From Maricurvus nonylphenolicus (GTDB lineage: Bacteria; Pseudomonadota; Gammaproteobacteria; Pseudomonadales; Cellvibrionaceae), in the NCBI RefSeq assembly GCF_042854845.1, contig NZ_AP031498.1, positions 4,918,600 to 4,982,599 on the forward strand: DNA of 64,000 nt, in the 5' to 3' direction. How positions within the stretch are numbered: position 1 is the first letter of the stretch; each line of letters opens with the position of its first letter. A model generated the notes under the pieces. It was not told the origin of the DNA, ran no database searches, and was given only the letters and a program-made list of their open reading frames with translations. Made by a program: the position numbers and the translations under genes. Below are positions 36,461 through 46,405 of the stretch, one piece after another.

Positions 36461-38311
36461 TTGAGCTTATATACTATCAAAGCACTGACTCCGAAGGAAA
36501 ATCCTATGGCAGCTCCAATACTCAGCGAACGCGATCTGGAATTTATGCTCTATGAGCTGTTTGACGCCGAAGGCCTGACTGAGCGTCCTCGCTACGCCGA
36601 CCATAGCCGCGAGACCTTTGCCGCGGCCATGAAAACCTCACAAACCGTGGCCGAAAAGTACCTGCTGCCAATTCGCTCGCTGCTCGATAACAGCCAACCC
36701 ACCTTTGATGGCGAAAAAGTCCATCAGCCAGAGGAGCTAAAAACGGCCATTGATGCGGTAATTGAATCCGGCCTGGCTTCCACCACCGCCGACTTCGAAC
36801 TGGGTGGCATGCAGTTACCCGGTATTGTTGCCAGCGCCGTAAACGCTTACTTGAGTGCCGCCGGTGGTGTTGCCATGGGTTATACCGGCTTGACCAATGC
36901 TAACGCCAACCTGATTCAAGCCCACGGCACCCCTGAGCAAATCGAAAAATGGGTAGTACCCATGCGTGAAGGTCGCTTTGCCGGCACCATGGCTATGACT
37001 GAACCCGGTGCCGGTTCAGGTCTCGCCGACCTGACCACCACCGCCGTTAAAGATGACGATGGCAGCTACCGTATTTCCGGCAACAAAATTTTTATCTCCG
37101 GCGGCGACCAGAACCTTAACGAGAACATCGTACACCTGGTATTGGCACGCGTGAAAGGCGCCCCTAAAGGCGTTAAGGGTATCTCCCTGTTTATCGTGCC
37201 AAAAATTATGGTCAATGAAGACGGTTCACTGGGTGAAGCCAATGATGTTGCCCTGGCCGGCCTGTTCCACAAAATGGGTGGCCGCGCACAGACCTCTACC
37301 GCATTGAGCTTTGGAGAAAATAACGGCGCCATCGGTTATTTGGTAGGTGAAGAAAACAAAGGCTTGACCTACATGTTCCACATGATGAACGAAGCACGCA
37401 TCATGGTAGGTACTGCCGCGGCGTTAAATGGACTGACCGGCTATCAGTATTCTCTGGATTACGCCAAAGAACGCCCACAAGGCCGTCTTCTTTCTAACAA
37501 AGATCCGTTATCCCCACCCGTAAATATTATTCAGCATACAGATGTTCGCCGCATGCTGTTGACTCAAAAAGCCTACTCCGAAGGTGCATACGCCCTGTGT
37601 TTATTGGGCTCCCAGTTGGATGATGATTACCGCACAGCGCCCACCAAAGAAGAACGTGAGGCCGCCCATACCCTGCTGGATTTCCTGACACCCATTATTA
37701 AAACCTGGCCATCCGAGTACGGCCCTAAAGCCAATTACCTGGCCATTCAGGTACTCGGCGGCCACGGTTATATCAATGAGCACCCGGTGGAACAACTCTA
37801 CCGCGACAACCGCCTAAACCCGATTCACGAAGGCACCACCGGCGTTCAGTCGCTGGATCTGCTGGGCCGTAAAGTACCGATGAATAACTTTGCCGGTTAT
37901 ACCGCCTGCCTGACGGAAATGGCAAAAACTATCGAGATCGCCAAACAGTCCGATGCCTTGAGCGGTTATGCCGATCAACTGGCTGAAGCCATTGTCACAC
38001 TGAAGAAAACTACTGAAACCGTGCTGGGCGCAACTCAGTCCATGAACCTCGATGCAGCCTTCTCCAACTCAGTGAAATACCTGGATCTGTTTGGTCATGT
38101 AGTGATTGCCTGGTTGTGGTTAAAGCAGGGTATCGTTGCTGACAATGCACTGGCCAAGCAGCCACATGAAAGTGATGAGCACTTCTACCGTGGCAAGCTG
38201 CACGCACTGCAGTATTTCTTCCGTGCTGAGCTGCCAGAGATTTATCATTGGGCCAAGCTGATTTCGGATTTGGATACTACCAACTTTGATATGCAGGAAG
38301 AGTGGTTCTAA
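36461..38311 (+). CDS. acyl-CoA dehydrogenase, long (~600 aa) class with a C-terminal extension
   Basis: ACAD N/M/C domains (…GTMAMTEPGAGSGL…, catalytic-region YRDNRLNPIHEGTTGVQ). Confidence 0.8.
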   Translation: MSLYTIKALTPKENPMAAPILSERDLEFMLYELFDAEGLTERPRYADHSRETFAAAMKTSQTVAEKYLLPIRSLLDNSQPTFDGEKVHQPEELKTAIDAVIESGLASTTADFELGGMQLPGIVASAVNAYLSAAGGVAMGYTGLTNANANLIQAHGTPEQIEKWVVPMREGRFAGTMAMTEPGAGSGLADLTTTAVKDDDGSYRISGNKIFISGGDQNLNENIVHLVLARVKGAPKGVKGISLFIVPKIMVNEDGSLGEANDVALAGLFHKMGGRAQTSTALSFGENNGAIGYLVGEENKGLTYMFHMMNEARIMVGTAAALNGLTGYQYSLDYAKERPQGRLLSNKDPLSPPVNIIQHTDVRRMLLTQKAYSEGAYALCLLGSQLDDDYRTAPTKEEREAAHTLLDFLTPIIKTWPSEYGPKANYLAIQVLGGHGYINEHPVEQLYRDNRLNPIHEGTTGVQSLDLLGRKVPMNNFAGYTACLTEMAKTIEIAKQSDALSGYADQLAEAIVTLKKTTETVLGATQSMNLDAAFSNSVKYLDLFGHVVIAWLWLKQGIVADNALAKQPHESDEHFYRGKLHALQYFFRAELPEIYHWAKLISDLDTTNFDMQEEWF

Positions 38312-38336
38312 CAACCCTTGCACAAACTTTATTACC

Positions 38337-38448
38337 GCCATTCCCGCGAACGCGGGAATCCAGTTTGATGGCACTTAGTTTGATCTCAATGCTTTAGCTG
38401 AGAAGTACGACTTCGTAGCCCTGGATTCCCGCGTTCGCGGGAATGGCG
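38337..38448. repeat. REP/MITE-like element: 26-bp terminal inverted repeats CGCCATTCCCGCGAACGCGGGAATCC / GGATTCCCGCGTTCGCGGGAATGGCG flanking a ~60-bp core
   Basis: Each arm is itself palindromic. Related single or double units occur at 51066-51093 and 62235-62339. Confidence 0.5.
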
Positions 38449-38471
38449 AATACCAAAAAGGAGAGAGAGCA

Positions 38472-38930
38472 ATGAAAATAGTATCCCGAGAGGAAGTTTT
38501 AAACAGCGTTGGCCAACAACTGGAAACCAGTGACTGGTTCACGGTCACCCAAGATCAAATCAACCAGTTCGCCGACTGCACCCGGGATCACCAGTTTATT
38601 CACGTGGATCCAGAGAAAGCCAAAGAAACCCCATTTGGCTCCACCATTGCCCACGGTTTCTTAACGCTGTCCATGCTGTCACACTTCTCTGAAGCCTTTA
38701 ACCTAGTGATTGAAGGTGTCTACATGGGCGTTAACTACGGCTTCGATAAGGTTCGCTTTATCGCGCCAGTAAAAGTAGGTAGCCGTATTCGCTGCCACGC
38801 CAAACTGATTGCTGCGGTTGAGAAAAACCCTGGCCAGTTTATGCTGACCAATGAGGTAGAAGTAGAAATCGAAGGCAGCGACAAACCAGCCCTGAAAGCC
38901 GAGTGGATCGGCATGCAGATGGTTAAATAA
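38472..38930 (+). CDS. MaoC-like (R)-specific enoyl-CoA hydratase (hot-dog fold)
   Basis: 152 aa. MaoC dehydratase pattern …DCTRDHQFIHVDPEKAKETPFGSTIAHGFLTLS…. Confidence 0.8.
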   Translation: MKIVSREEVLNSVGQQLETSDWFTVTQDQINQFADCTRDHQFIHVDPEKAKETPFGSTIAHGFLTLSMLSHFSEAFNLVIEGVYMGVNYGFDKVRFIAPVKVGSRIRCHAKLIAAVEKNPGQFMLTNEVEVEIEGSDKPALKAEWIGMQMVK

Positions 38931-38960
38931 TTTTTTACACACTGATTTGCGAGAAACATT

Positions 38961-39878
38961 ATGACAATTTCATATGAAGGCCAGGTGGCCATTGTTACAG
39001 GTGCCGGTAATGGCCTGGGTCGTTCACACGCACTGGAGCTGGCCAAGCGCGGCGCCAAGGTTGTGGTTAACGATTTGGGCGGTGCCCGTGACGGTAGTGG
39101 CGCTTCTTCCGACGCAGCTCAGGAAGTTGTACGCCTGATTGAAGAAGCCGGTGGCGAAGCTTTCGCTCACGGCGCTAACGTTGCCAAGTTTGACGAAGTA
39201 CAAGACATGGTTCAGCAGGCCATGGACAAGTGGGGTCGTGTAGATATTCTGATCAATAATGCCGGTATTCTGCGCGATAAATCTTTCGCCAAGATGGATC
39301 TGGCTGACTTCCAACTGGTGATGGATGTTCACGTAATGGGTACGGTTAACTGCACGAAAGCTGTGTGGGATATCATGCGCGAACAGAACTACGGCCGTAT
39401 TGTGGTAACCACCTCGTCCAGCGGTATGTACGGTAACTTCGGTCAGTCCAACTACGGTGCAGCCAAAATGGCGGTACTGGGCTTTATGAACACGCTGGTA
39501 CTGGAAGGCGCCAAGAACAATATTCACGTTAATGCCCTGGCACCAACCGCTGGTACCCGCATGACCGAAGATCTGATGCCTCCGGAAATTTACAACATGC
39601 TGACCGCAGAATCTGTCACCGCAGGCGCCTTAACCCTGTGCCACAAAGATTCCCCAACCCGCATGATTCTGTGTGCCGGTGCCGGTGGTTACGCCAGCAC
39701 CCGCCTGTTTGAAACCGACGGTATCTTCCTGCCAGAAGCTCAGCAAACCCCTGAGCAGGTTCTGGAAAACTGGGAAGGCGTTTGCGATACCAGCAATCAG
39801 TCCGAGCTGGAATCTGGTGCCAAGCAGAGTGAGAAATTCCTGACCAAAGCCATGGCTTACGTTCAGTCACAGCAGTAA
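38961..39878 (+). CDS. SDR of the MFE-2 / HSD17B4-type (3R)-hydroxyacyl-CoA dehydrogenase class
   Basis: VAIVTGAGNGLG and SSSGMYGNFGQSNYGAAK closely match the MFE-2 dehydrogenase-domain signature. Confidence 0.75.
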   Translation: MTISYEGQVAIVTGAGNGLGRSHALELAKRGAKVVVNDLGGARDGSGASSDAAQEVVRLIEEAGGEAFAHGANVAKFDEVQDMVQQAMDKWGRVDILINNAGILRDKSFAKMDLADFQLVMDVHVMGTVNCTKAVWDIMREQNYGRIVVTTSSSGMYGNFGQSNYGAAKMAVLGFMNTLVLEGAKNNIHVNALAPTAGTRMTEDLMPPEIYNMLTAESVTAGALTLCHKDSPTRMILCAGAGGYASTRLFETDGIFLPEAQQTPEQVLENWEGVCDTSNQSELESGAKQSEKFLTKAMAYVQSQQ

Positions 39879-40000
39879 TTTCTTAAACCGAATTTTCGAT
39901 TGCTTTGTCTAGCCCGGCTATGCTCTCTCGCATTTGCACTATAGCCGGGCTTTTTTATGCCCAGCCTTTTTAGGCCATTAAAACAATGTAAGGATTCACT

Positions 40001-41182
40001 ATGAAAGAAGCCGTAATTGTATCAGCCGCTCGTACGCCCATCGGTAAAGCCTACCGTGGAGCCTTTAATAATCTGGAAGCGCCTTCCCTGTCTTCTGTAG
40101 CTGTAAAAGCCGCCGTTGAACGCGCTGGTGTTGATCCTGCCGAGATCGACGATTGTATTTTTGGAGCCTCTATCCAACAGGGCACACAGTTTGCCAACCT
40201 GGGTCGCCAAGTCGCTATCGCCTCTGGCCTGCCTGCCAGCGTTTCTGGCATGACCATTGATCGTCAGTGTTCCTCCGGCCTGATGACCATTGCTACTGGT
40301 GCCAAACAAATTATGTTCGACGGTGCCCCGATTCTGGTGGCCGGTGGATGTGAGTCCATCAGTCTGGTGCAGAACGAACACATGAATATTCACCGCATGG
40401 TGGATCCACTGGCGATTGCCAATTCACCCAATATTCATATGCCAATGCTGGATACCGCTGAAGTGGTAGCCAAGCGCTACAACATCTCCCGTGAAGCCCA
40501 GGACGAATACTCCCTGCAATCCCAGCAGCGTACTGCTGCCGCTCAGGAAGCCGGATTGTTTGCAGATGAGATTGTGCCGGTTACCGCCACCAAACTGGTG
40601 ATGAATAAAGAAACCGGCGAGACCAGTGAAGAGCAAGTGACCCTGAGCAAAGACGAAGGTAACCGCCCTTCCACCACCCTGGAAGGCCTGTCCGGTTTGA
40701 ATGCTGTACGTGAAGGTGGCTGCATTACCGGCGGTAACGCGTCTCAGCTATCTGACGGTGCCGCTGCGGTTGTGATGATGGACAGCAAACTGGCCGAGCA
40801 ACGCAACCTGGAGCCATTAGGTGTTTACCGCGGTATGGCGGTTGCCGGTTGTGAACCAGACGAAATGGGTATTGGCCCTGTATTCGCCATTCCTAAACTG
40901 CTGCAACGCACTGGTTTAAAAATGGACGATATCGGCCTGTGGGAATTAAACGAAGCCTTCGCCGTTCAGGTACTCTACTGTCGTGATCAGCTGGGCATTC
41001 CTAACGAGCGCCTGAACGTTAACGGTGGTGCAATTTCTATCGGTCACCCTTACGGTATGAGTGGCACGCGTATGGTAATGCACGCGTTGATGGAAGCTAA
41101 ACGTCGCGGTGAAAAATACGTTGTTATCACCATGTGCGTTGGTGGTGGTATGGGTGCTGCAGGTCTGTTTGAAGTACTGTAA
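40001..41182 (+). CDS. acetyl-CoA C-acyltransferase (thiolase)
   Basis: Active-site Cys in RQCSSGL, C-terminal [17 protein letters not shown] and CVGGGMG motifs. Confidence 0.9.
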   Translation: MKEAVIVSAARTPIGKAYRGAFNNLEAPSLSSVAVKAAVERAGVDPAEIDDCIFGASIQQGTQFANLGRQVAIASGLPASVSGMTIDRQCSSGLMTIATGAKQIMFDGAPILVAGGCESISLVQNEHMNIHRMVDPLAIANSPNIHMPMLDTAEVVAKRYNISREAQDEYSLQSQQRTAAAQEAGLFADEIVPVTATKLVMNKETGETSEEQVTLSKDEGNRPSTTLEGLSGLNAVREGGCITGGNASQLSDGAAAVVMMDSKLAEQRNLEPLGVYRGMAVAGCEPDEMGIGPVFAIPKLLQRTGLKMDDIGLWELNEAFAVQVLYCRDQLGIPNERLNVNGGAISIGHPYGMSGTRMVMHALMEAKRRGEKYVVITMCVGGGMGAAGLFEVL

Positions 41183-41194
41183 GTAATCCGCCTT

Positions 41195-41233
41195 AGGGTA
41201 TTTCAGAGTGCTTGTGGCGCCTTGAAATACCCT
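41195..41233 (+). terminator. hairpin (11-bp stem AGGGTATTTCA/TGAAATACCCT) followed by a T-rich tract, 3' of the thiolase
   Basis: Long 17-nt loop, so only a moderate terminator candidate. Confidence 0.35.
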
Positions 41234-41257
41234 TACCCCTTTCTCTCTTTTCCTTTC

Positions 41258-41301
41258 TCCACAAAAACACTGAATCACTCCTTGGGCAAGCTGTGGATAA
41301 G
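41258..41301. repeat. DnaA-box-containing repeat, copy 1 (…TGAATCACTCCTTGGGCAAGCTGTGGATAAG)
   Basis: Contains a perfect TTATCCACA (reverse strand) at 41292-41300. Confidence 0.45.
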
Positions 41302-41470
41302 GCTCCGGATCCCTTATCAGCCGTGACCTTGCCAATCCCGCTTAATAAATAACCCGCCGCAAATGTGAAAAAATCAGCAGGGTTTTGCCAAAAAATTGCA
41401 ACCCGATTCTGAACAAAACGACAGAAGAATTTTCTCATTTGGGGTGTGGATAGAATAACGTTTCTGTAAC

Positions 41471-41515
41471 ATCCACAGAAACCGTGAATCGTTACCGTGA
41501 CAAGCTGTGGATAAG
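41471..41515. repeat. DnaA-box-containing repeat, copy 2 (ATCCACAGAAACCGTGAATCGTTACCGTGACAAGCTGTGGATAAG)
   Basis: Inverted CCACAG/CTGTGG ends. Perfect TTATCCACA at 41506-41514. An additional GTGTGGATAG sits at 41445-41454. Confidence 0.45.
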
Positions 41516-41583
41516 GATCGCAAAGACAGAGATAGCGGGACTTTACGGTTCCCGCTTAATAATCAATCAGTAGAAAAATACGC

Positions 41584-42111
41584 CTAGTTTTTCAGCGCTT
41601 TGATGCCATTTAATACCAGGGCTACCGCGGAAACAACGATCAATCCCACGGACATAGACAGCAGGCTTTCCGACATACTCAACCCCCAAATCATATCCGG
41701 GGTGAAACCACACAAGTTGCGCACTTCAAAAATAAACGGGAACCACTTATCCAGCGCAAACCATTCCGGGAATCCCAAAAAGAATTCACAGCTGCCATCA
41801 CCGCGGCCCATTTCCACATCGTATAAATATTTACTGCGCTCGAAGAAACCGATCATGCAACCGAGCATGGCACTGTGGCCTAACAGATTCAGCAACTTAT
41901 TCTTTGGCAGGATCAGCATCAGTGCCGCCAGTAAGGTAAATGCCGCGACCCAGATACGAATATGAATACACACCTGACAAGGTTCATCACCTAATACATA
42001 TTGGTAATAGAGAGCGACCGCTTCCATAGCCACACCTAACAGTGCCAGGCAGCCCCAGTACCATTTACTGGTCAACAGGGTTTCTAAGGTAGACTTCATC
42101 TGAACACTCAT
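41584..42111 (-). CDS. dsbB: disulfide bond formation protein B
   Basis: 175 aa, 4 TM. First periplasmic loop CQVC aligns with E. coli DsbB KPCVLCIYERCA. A second Cys pair lies in loop 2 (C…C). Confidence 0.7.
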   Translation of the reverse strand: MSVQMKSTLETLLTSKWYWGCLALLGVAMEAVALYYQYVLGDEPCQVCIHIRIWVAAFTLLAALMLILPKNKLLNLLGHSAMLGCMIGFFERSKYLYDVEMGRGDGSCEFFLGFPEWFALDKWFPFIFEVRNLCGFTPDMIWGLSMSESLLSMSVGLIVVSAVALVLNGIKALKN

Positions 42112-42198
42112 ATCGCGCGACTAATTCCTCTTTGGGCTCCTCTGTGGGTAAGTCACGATAGCGCAAAATTCCGGATCATTGAAGTGCACGGGTTAGAA

Positions 42199-42244
42199 AT
42201 CCACAGATTCAGTGAATCAGTGGCGGGAGAAGCTGTGGATAAAC
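42199..42244. repeat. DnaA-box-containing repeat, copy 3 (ATCCACAGATTCAGTGAATCAGTGGCGGGAGAAGCTGTGGATAAA)
   Basis: Perfect TTATCCACA at 42234-42242. Upstream of dsbB. Confidence 0.45.
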
Positions 42245-42321
42245 AAGGGGAGGCCAGATACAGCAAGGCGGGAGAAAGCCTGATCAATAATCAGGCTTGT
42301 GTAAAGTAGCCGTTTAGTGGA

Positions 42322-43791
42322 TTAAATAAAGGAGGTTACTACCGACTGACAACCTTCAGCAATGAGCTGTTTGTGCCAATCAATAACCTGAGCAACAAGA
42401 TCGGGAAGCTCTTTATCCAAGCCGGAAAAGATGCTTTCCACAGCCAATACATTAGGCACTAACTGAGCAGATCCTGAAACGCGAAGTGTCATGGCCGTCA
42501 GTTGATCAGCAGCAGGATCAATAATGGTATAAGTTTCGCCATTATCACGCTGCCCCTGTAAATAACGAATCCAGCCAGCCAGTGCTAATGCCAGTATTGA
42601 TATATCTCGCCCAGCAGCCCCATTCTCACGCAAACTAGCCAACCAGCGCTGGGGAATCTTTTGCGAACCATCCTGAGCGATTTGAGAGGTTTTATGATTT
42701 AAGGATGCATTGGCAAAACGTGCCAACAACTGATCTTTATAAGCTTCCACATCAAAGCCATCGGGCATGGACAAAGTTGGGGTAGCGATATTATCCATAT
42801 AGGCACGAATAAAAGCCGCAAAGTCTTTATCTGCCACCACCTGATGTACGTAATCGTAACCGGCCAAATACCCCAGATAAGCGATAATGGAGTGACTGCC
42901 GTTAAGCAAGCGCAACTTCATATCTTCAAAGGGTTCGACATCGTCGACAAACAGAGCACCGACTTTATCCCAGGCGGGTACCGGGGTTTTAAAGTTGCTT
43001 TCTACTACCCACTGAGCAAAGGGCTCAGTAGCCACGGCGGCTAAATCTTCCATACCAAGCACTTCTCGCACACTGGCAATATCTTCTGGCGTTGTTGCTG
43101 GCACAATACGATCAACCATACTGCAAGGGAAGGCAACCGAGGTTTTTATCCAATGCGCCAGTGTGGTATCGATTTTCTCTGCAAAGGCTAACACCACTTT
43201 TTCGAGAATACGGCCATTGGCTGGCAGGTTGTCACAGCTGATCACGGTTAACGGCAGTTTGTTTTTGCGGCGTGTACGCAGGGCTGCCACTAAATAAGCC
43301 ACTGCAGTTTTAAGCTGAAATGGAAAATACTCCAGATCGTGAAGAATATCCGGATTTTTTTCATCCAGACTGTCCGCGGCAAAATCGTAGCAATAACCTT
43401 TTTCGGTAATTGTCAGGGTAACTACCTGGGTAGCCTCATCACTTAACAGGGACAAGAGTGCACCGGGGTTTTCCGGTGCCACAATCACATCTTTAATTGC
43501 ACCGATGACTTGCAGACGTTGCTCTTCTCCCTGTTTCTCTAGCAACGTGTAAAGGCCATCCTGGGGTTGCAGCTGTTGTTGCACTGTTGCACTGCGCAAA
43601 CTGACACCGGTAATGCCCCAATCACCGCCTTCGTTATTCAACACCTGTTCGGTATACCAGGCTTGGTGACCACGGTGAAAAGCGCCGATACCCAAATGAA
43701 CGATAGCGCTTTTTATCGCGCGGCGAACATATTGCGGAACAGCAACCGCTTCTGGTAACTGCGCCAGCGCTTTAGCGTTTAGACGGCTCAT
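42322..43791 (-). CDS. uxuB: mannitol-dehydrogenase-family oxidoreductase (fructuronate reductase UxuB / altronate oxidoreductase-like)
   Basis: 489 aa. N-terminal Rossmann VHLGIGAFHRGHQA. Operon context with uxuA and no uxaA favours UxuB. Confidence 0.65.
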   Translation of the reverse strand: MSRLNAKALAQLPEAVAVPQYVRRAIKSAIVHLGIGAFHRGHQAWYTEQVLNNEGGDWGITGVSLRSATVQQQLQPQDGLYTLLEKQGEEQRLQVIGAIKDVIVAPENPGALLSLLSDEATQVVTLTITEKGYCYDFAADSLDEKNPDILHDLEYFPFQLKTAVAYLVAALRTRRKNKLPLTVISCDNLPANGRILEKVVLAFAEKIDTTLAHWIKTSVAFPCSMVDRIVPATTPEDIASVREVLGMEDLAAVATEPFAQWVVESNFKTPVPAWDKVGALFVDDVEPFEDMKLRLLNGSHSIIAYLGYLAGYDYVHQVVADKDFAAFIRAYMDNIATPTLSMPDGFDVEAYKDQLLARFANASLNHKTSQIAQDGSQKIPQRWLASLRENGAAGRDISILALALAGWIRYLQGQRDNGETYTIIDPAADQLTAMTLRVSGSAQLVPNVLAVESIFSGLDKELPDLVAQVIDWHKQLIAEGCQSVVTSFI

Positions 43792-45197
43792 AACTTATAC
43801 GCCTGTTTCGCCAAGCGATAGGTGAGATCGTAGGCAATTTCCGCAGCCTCTTCTTCAGTAATGCGATGCTCTGCTACCAATTGTGCCAGGAAGGTACAAT
43901 CCATACGTCGCGCCACATCATGTCGGGCCGGGATGGACAAAAACGCACGGGTGTCGTCATTAAAACCTACGGTGTTATAGAAGCCGGCGGTTTCGGTGAT
44001 CTGCTCACGGTAACGGCGCATACCTTCCGGGCTATCATGGAACCACCAGGCTGGTCCCACTTTCATCGCCGGATAGTGACCAGCCAGTGGCGCCAACTCA
44101 CGACTATAGGCTGTTTCATCCAGGGTAAAGACAATCAAGTTGAAGCGCGGATCATTACCCAGTTTATTTAATAGCGGTTTTAACGCACTGATATATTCGG
44201 TGGCCACCGGTAGATCAGCGCCTTTATCGCGGCCAAAGTTTTCAAATAGGGATTGGTTATGGTTGCGGTGACAACCCGGGTGAATTTGCATTATCAAGCC
44301 GTCATCCAAACTCATCAGCGCCATTTCGGTAAGCATTTGGCCACGGAACAATTCTGCTTGTTGTGGGGTTAACTCACCTTTTAGGGCACCGGCAAAAAGC
44401 TGTTCGCTTTCAGCCCGGGTTAAGTCAGCCGTTACTGCGGTTGGATGGCCATGATCAGTTGAGGTGGCGCCCATGGATTTAAAGAATTCACGACGTTTTT
44501 TTAAAGCCGCCAGATAACCACTGAAGGTTTGGGTATCTTCACCGGTAATATTGGCCAGCTGTTTCAGATTGCTTACAAAACCATCGTGCTCTGGATCCAT
44601 CACCGGATCAGGACGGAAGGCGGTAATCACGCGACCCTGCCAACCACTGTCTTTAATCGCCTGATGGTGACGCAAATCATCCAGGGGAGATTCGGTGGTG
44701 GCGATCACTTCGATATTAAAGCGCTCAAACAACGCACGCGGTAAAAACTCGGGCTGCTGCAAACAACTATTGATATGCTCGTAATAGCTCTCTGCCGTAT
44801 CAGCGGTTAAAGCTTCATCCAGATTAAACACTTCAGAGAAGACATGATCCAGCCACATGCGGGTAGGGGTACCACGGAACAGATAATAGTGCTCCGCAAA
44901 CAACTGCCAGATTTTTTTGGGGTCGCTTTCAACATCTCCGCCATCACGGCGACGAATACCCATGGCCTCAAGCGGTATGCCCTGACTGTAGAGCATACGC
45001 AATAGGTAATGATCCGGTTGCAGCAACAACGCCGATGGGTTCTCAAAGGGTTTGTTCTCGGCAAACCAGCTCGGGTCGGTATGGCCGTGGGGACTGATAA
45101 TCGGCAGATCTTTAATCTGGCCATACAGGCGACGGGCAATATCACGGGTGGTGGTATCAGCGGGAAATAAACGGTCCGGGTGCATAACTAACTTCAC
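43788..45197 (-). CDS. uxaC: glucuronate isomerase
   Basis: 469 aa. N-terminal …LPIISPHGHTDP… and overall colinearity with E. coli UxaC (470 aa). 4-bp overlap with uxuB. Confidence 0.85.
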   Translation of the reverse strand: MKLVMHPDRLFPADTTTRDIARRLYGQIKDLPIISPHGHTDPSWFAENKPFENPSALLLQPDHYLLRMLYSQGIPLEAMGIRRRDGGDVESDPKKIWQLFAEHYYLFRGTPTRMWLDHVFSEVFNLDEALTADTAESYYEHINSCLQQPEFLPRALFERFNIEVIATTESPLDDLRHHQAIKDSGWQGRVITAFRPDPVMDPEHDGFVSNLKQLANITGEDTQTFSGYLAALKKRREFFKSMGATSTDHGHPTAVTADLTRAESEQLFAGALKGELTPQQAELFRGQMLTEMALMSLDDGLIMQIHPGCHRNHNQSLFENFGRDKGADLPVATEYISALKPLLNKLGNDPRFNLIVFTLDETAYSRELAPLAGHYPAMKVGPAWWFHDSPEGMRRYREQITETAGFYNTVGFNDDTRAFLSIPARHDVARRMDCTFLAQLVAEHRITEEEAAEIAYDLTYRLAKQAYKL

Positions 45198-45208
45198 AAT
45201 AGTCGCCT

Positions 45209-46390
45209 CTAAACATTGCGCTGATATTCAAGAGCATGGATCACACCATGCAACTCTGCCAGTCCTTTCAGACGGCCGACATAGGAATAACCTGGATTGA
45301 CGCCCTCTTTACCGATTTCATCACCCATCAGGTGACCATGGTCCGGGCGCATAGGAATCATATCGGTACGGCCGGTTTCGATACGGCGCTCTTCTTCGTC
45401 GAGCAGGGCATCAATCAGCCCCACCATATCGTTATCACCCCCGAGGTGATCGGCCTCATAGAAGGAGCCGTCTTCTTCGCGGGTGACATTACGCAGGTGC
45501 ACAAAGTGAATCACATTACCAAACTCGCGGGCCATATCGGTCAGATTGTTATCACCGCGGGCCCCAAAAGAGCCAGCGCACAACGTTAGACCGTTGGATT
45601 CACTGGGCACGGCGGTACGCAGTTTACGCACATCATCAGAGGTAGAAACAATACGTGGTAGGCCAAACAGTGAGAAGGGAGGATCATCTGGGTGGATGCA
45701 CATCTTCACGCCGCACTCTTCCGCCACAGGAATGACTTCTTGCAGGAAGGCAATCAGGTTATTGCGGAAACCTTCCACACCTAACGCGATAAAGGCTTCA
45801 ATTTCTTCGCGTATGGAGCTGCGATCGTAGCTACCTTCACCACCAGGCAAACCGGCAATAATATTCTTTTCCAGCAGCTCACGCTCTTCCTGGCTCATTG
45901 CTGTCAAACGTTCTTCAGCCCGCATAAGCACTTCCTTGTCATAACTTTGGTAGGCGTTATTGCGCTCCAGGATATGGACATCGTAGGCCGCAAAATCAGC
46001 CAAATCAAAGCGCAGGGCTTCGGCATTATTCGCCAAGCGGTAACTCAGGCTGGTGCGCGTCCAATCTACCACAGGCATAAAGTTGTAACAGACTACCTTA
46101 ATGCCAGCTTGCGCCACATTGCGGATAGACTGTTTATAGTTTTCCAGCTGCTCTTTATAGTTACCGGTACGCTTTTTCAGGTCATTGTGTAGCGGAATAC
46201 TTTCAATCACGCTCCACTCAAGGCCAGCGGCTTCAATTTCTGCTTTACGGGCATAGATATCTTCCAACTGCCAGACATTGCCCGTTGGCACATGGTGTAA
46301 CGAAGTCACCACCCCTGTGGCTCCAGCCTGCGCAATCTTTTCCAGGCTGACACTGTCTTTTGGCCCAAACCACCGCCAAGTACTTTTCAT
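45209..46390 (-). CDS. uxuA: mannonate dehydratase
   Basis: 393 aa. N-terminal MKSTWRWFGPKD is characteristic of UxuA. Confidence 0.85.
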   Translation of the reverse strand: MKSTWRWFGPKDSVSLEKIAQAGATGVVTSLHHVPTGNVWQLEDIYARKAEIEAAGLEWSVIESIPLHNDLKKRTGNYKEQLENYKQSIRNVAQAGIKVVCYNFMPVVDWTRTSLSYRLANNAEALRFDLADFAAYDVHILERNNAYQSYDKEVLMRAEERLTAMSQEERELLEKNIIAGLPGGEGSYDRSSIREEIEAFIALGVEGFRNNLIAFLQEVIPVAEECGVKMCIHPDDPPFSLFGLPRIVSTSDDVRKLRTAVPSESNGLTLCAGSFGARGDNNLTDMAREFGNVIHFVHLRNVTREEDGSFYEADHLGGDNDMVGLIDALLDEEERRIETGRTDMIPMRPDHGHLMGDEIGKEGVNPGYSYVGRLKGLAELHGVIHALEYQRNV

Positions 46391-46405
46391 AGTTCCACTC
46401 TCTTG

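Noticed and set aside
41258-42244. DnaA-box cluster as the chromosomal origin (oriC)
   Set aside because: No dnaA, dnaN, gidA (mnmG) or mioC nearby, no obvious AT-rich 13-mer unwinding element, and the boxes are embedded in a repeated 45-bp unit. A titration/regulatory locus or repeat family is more likely.
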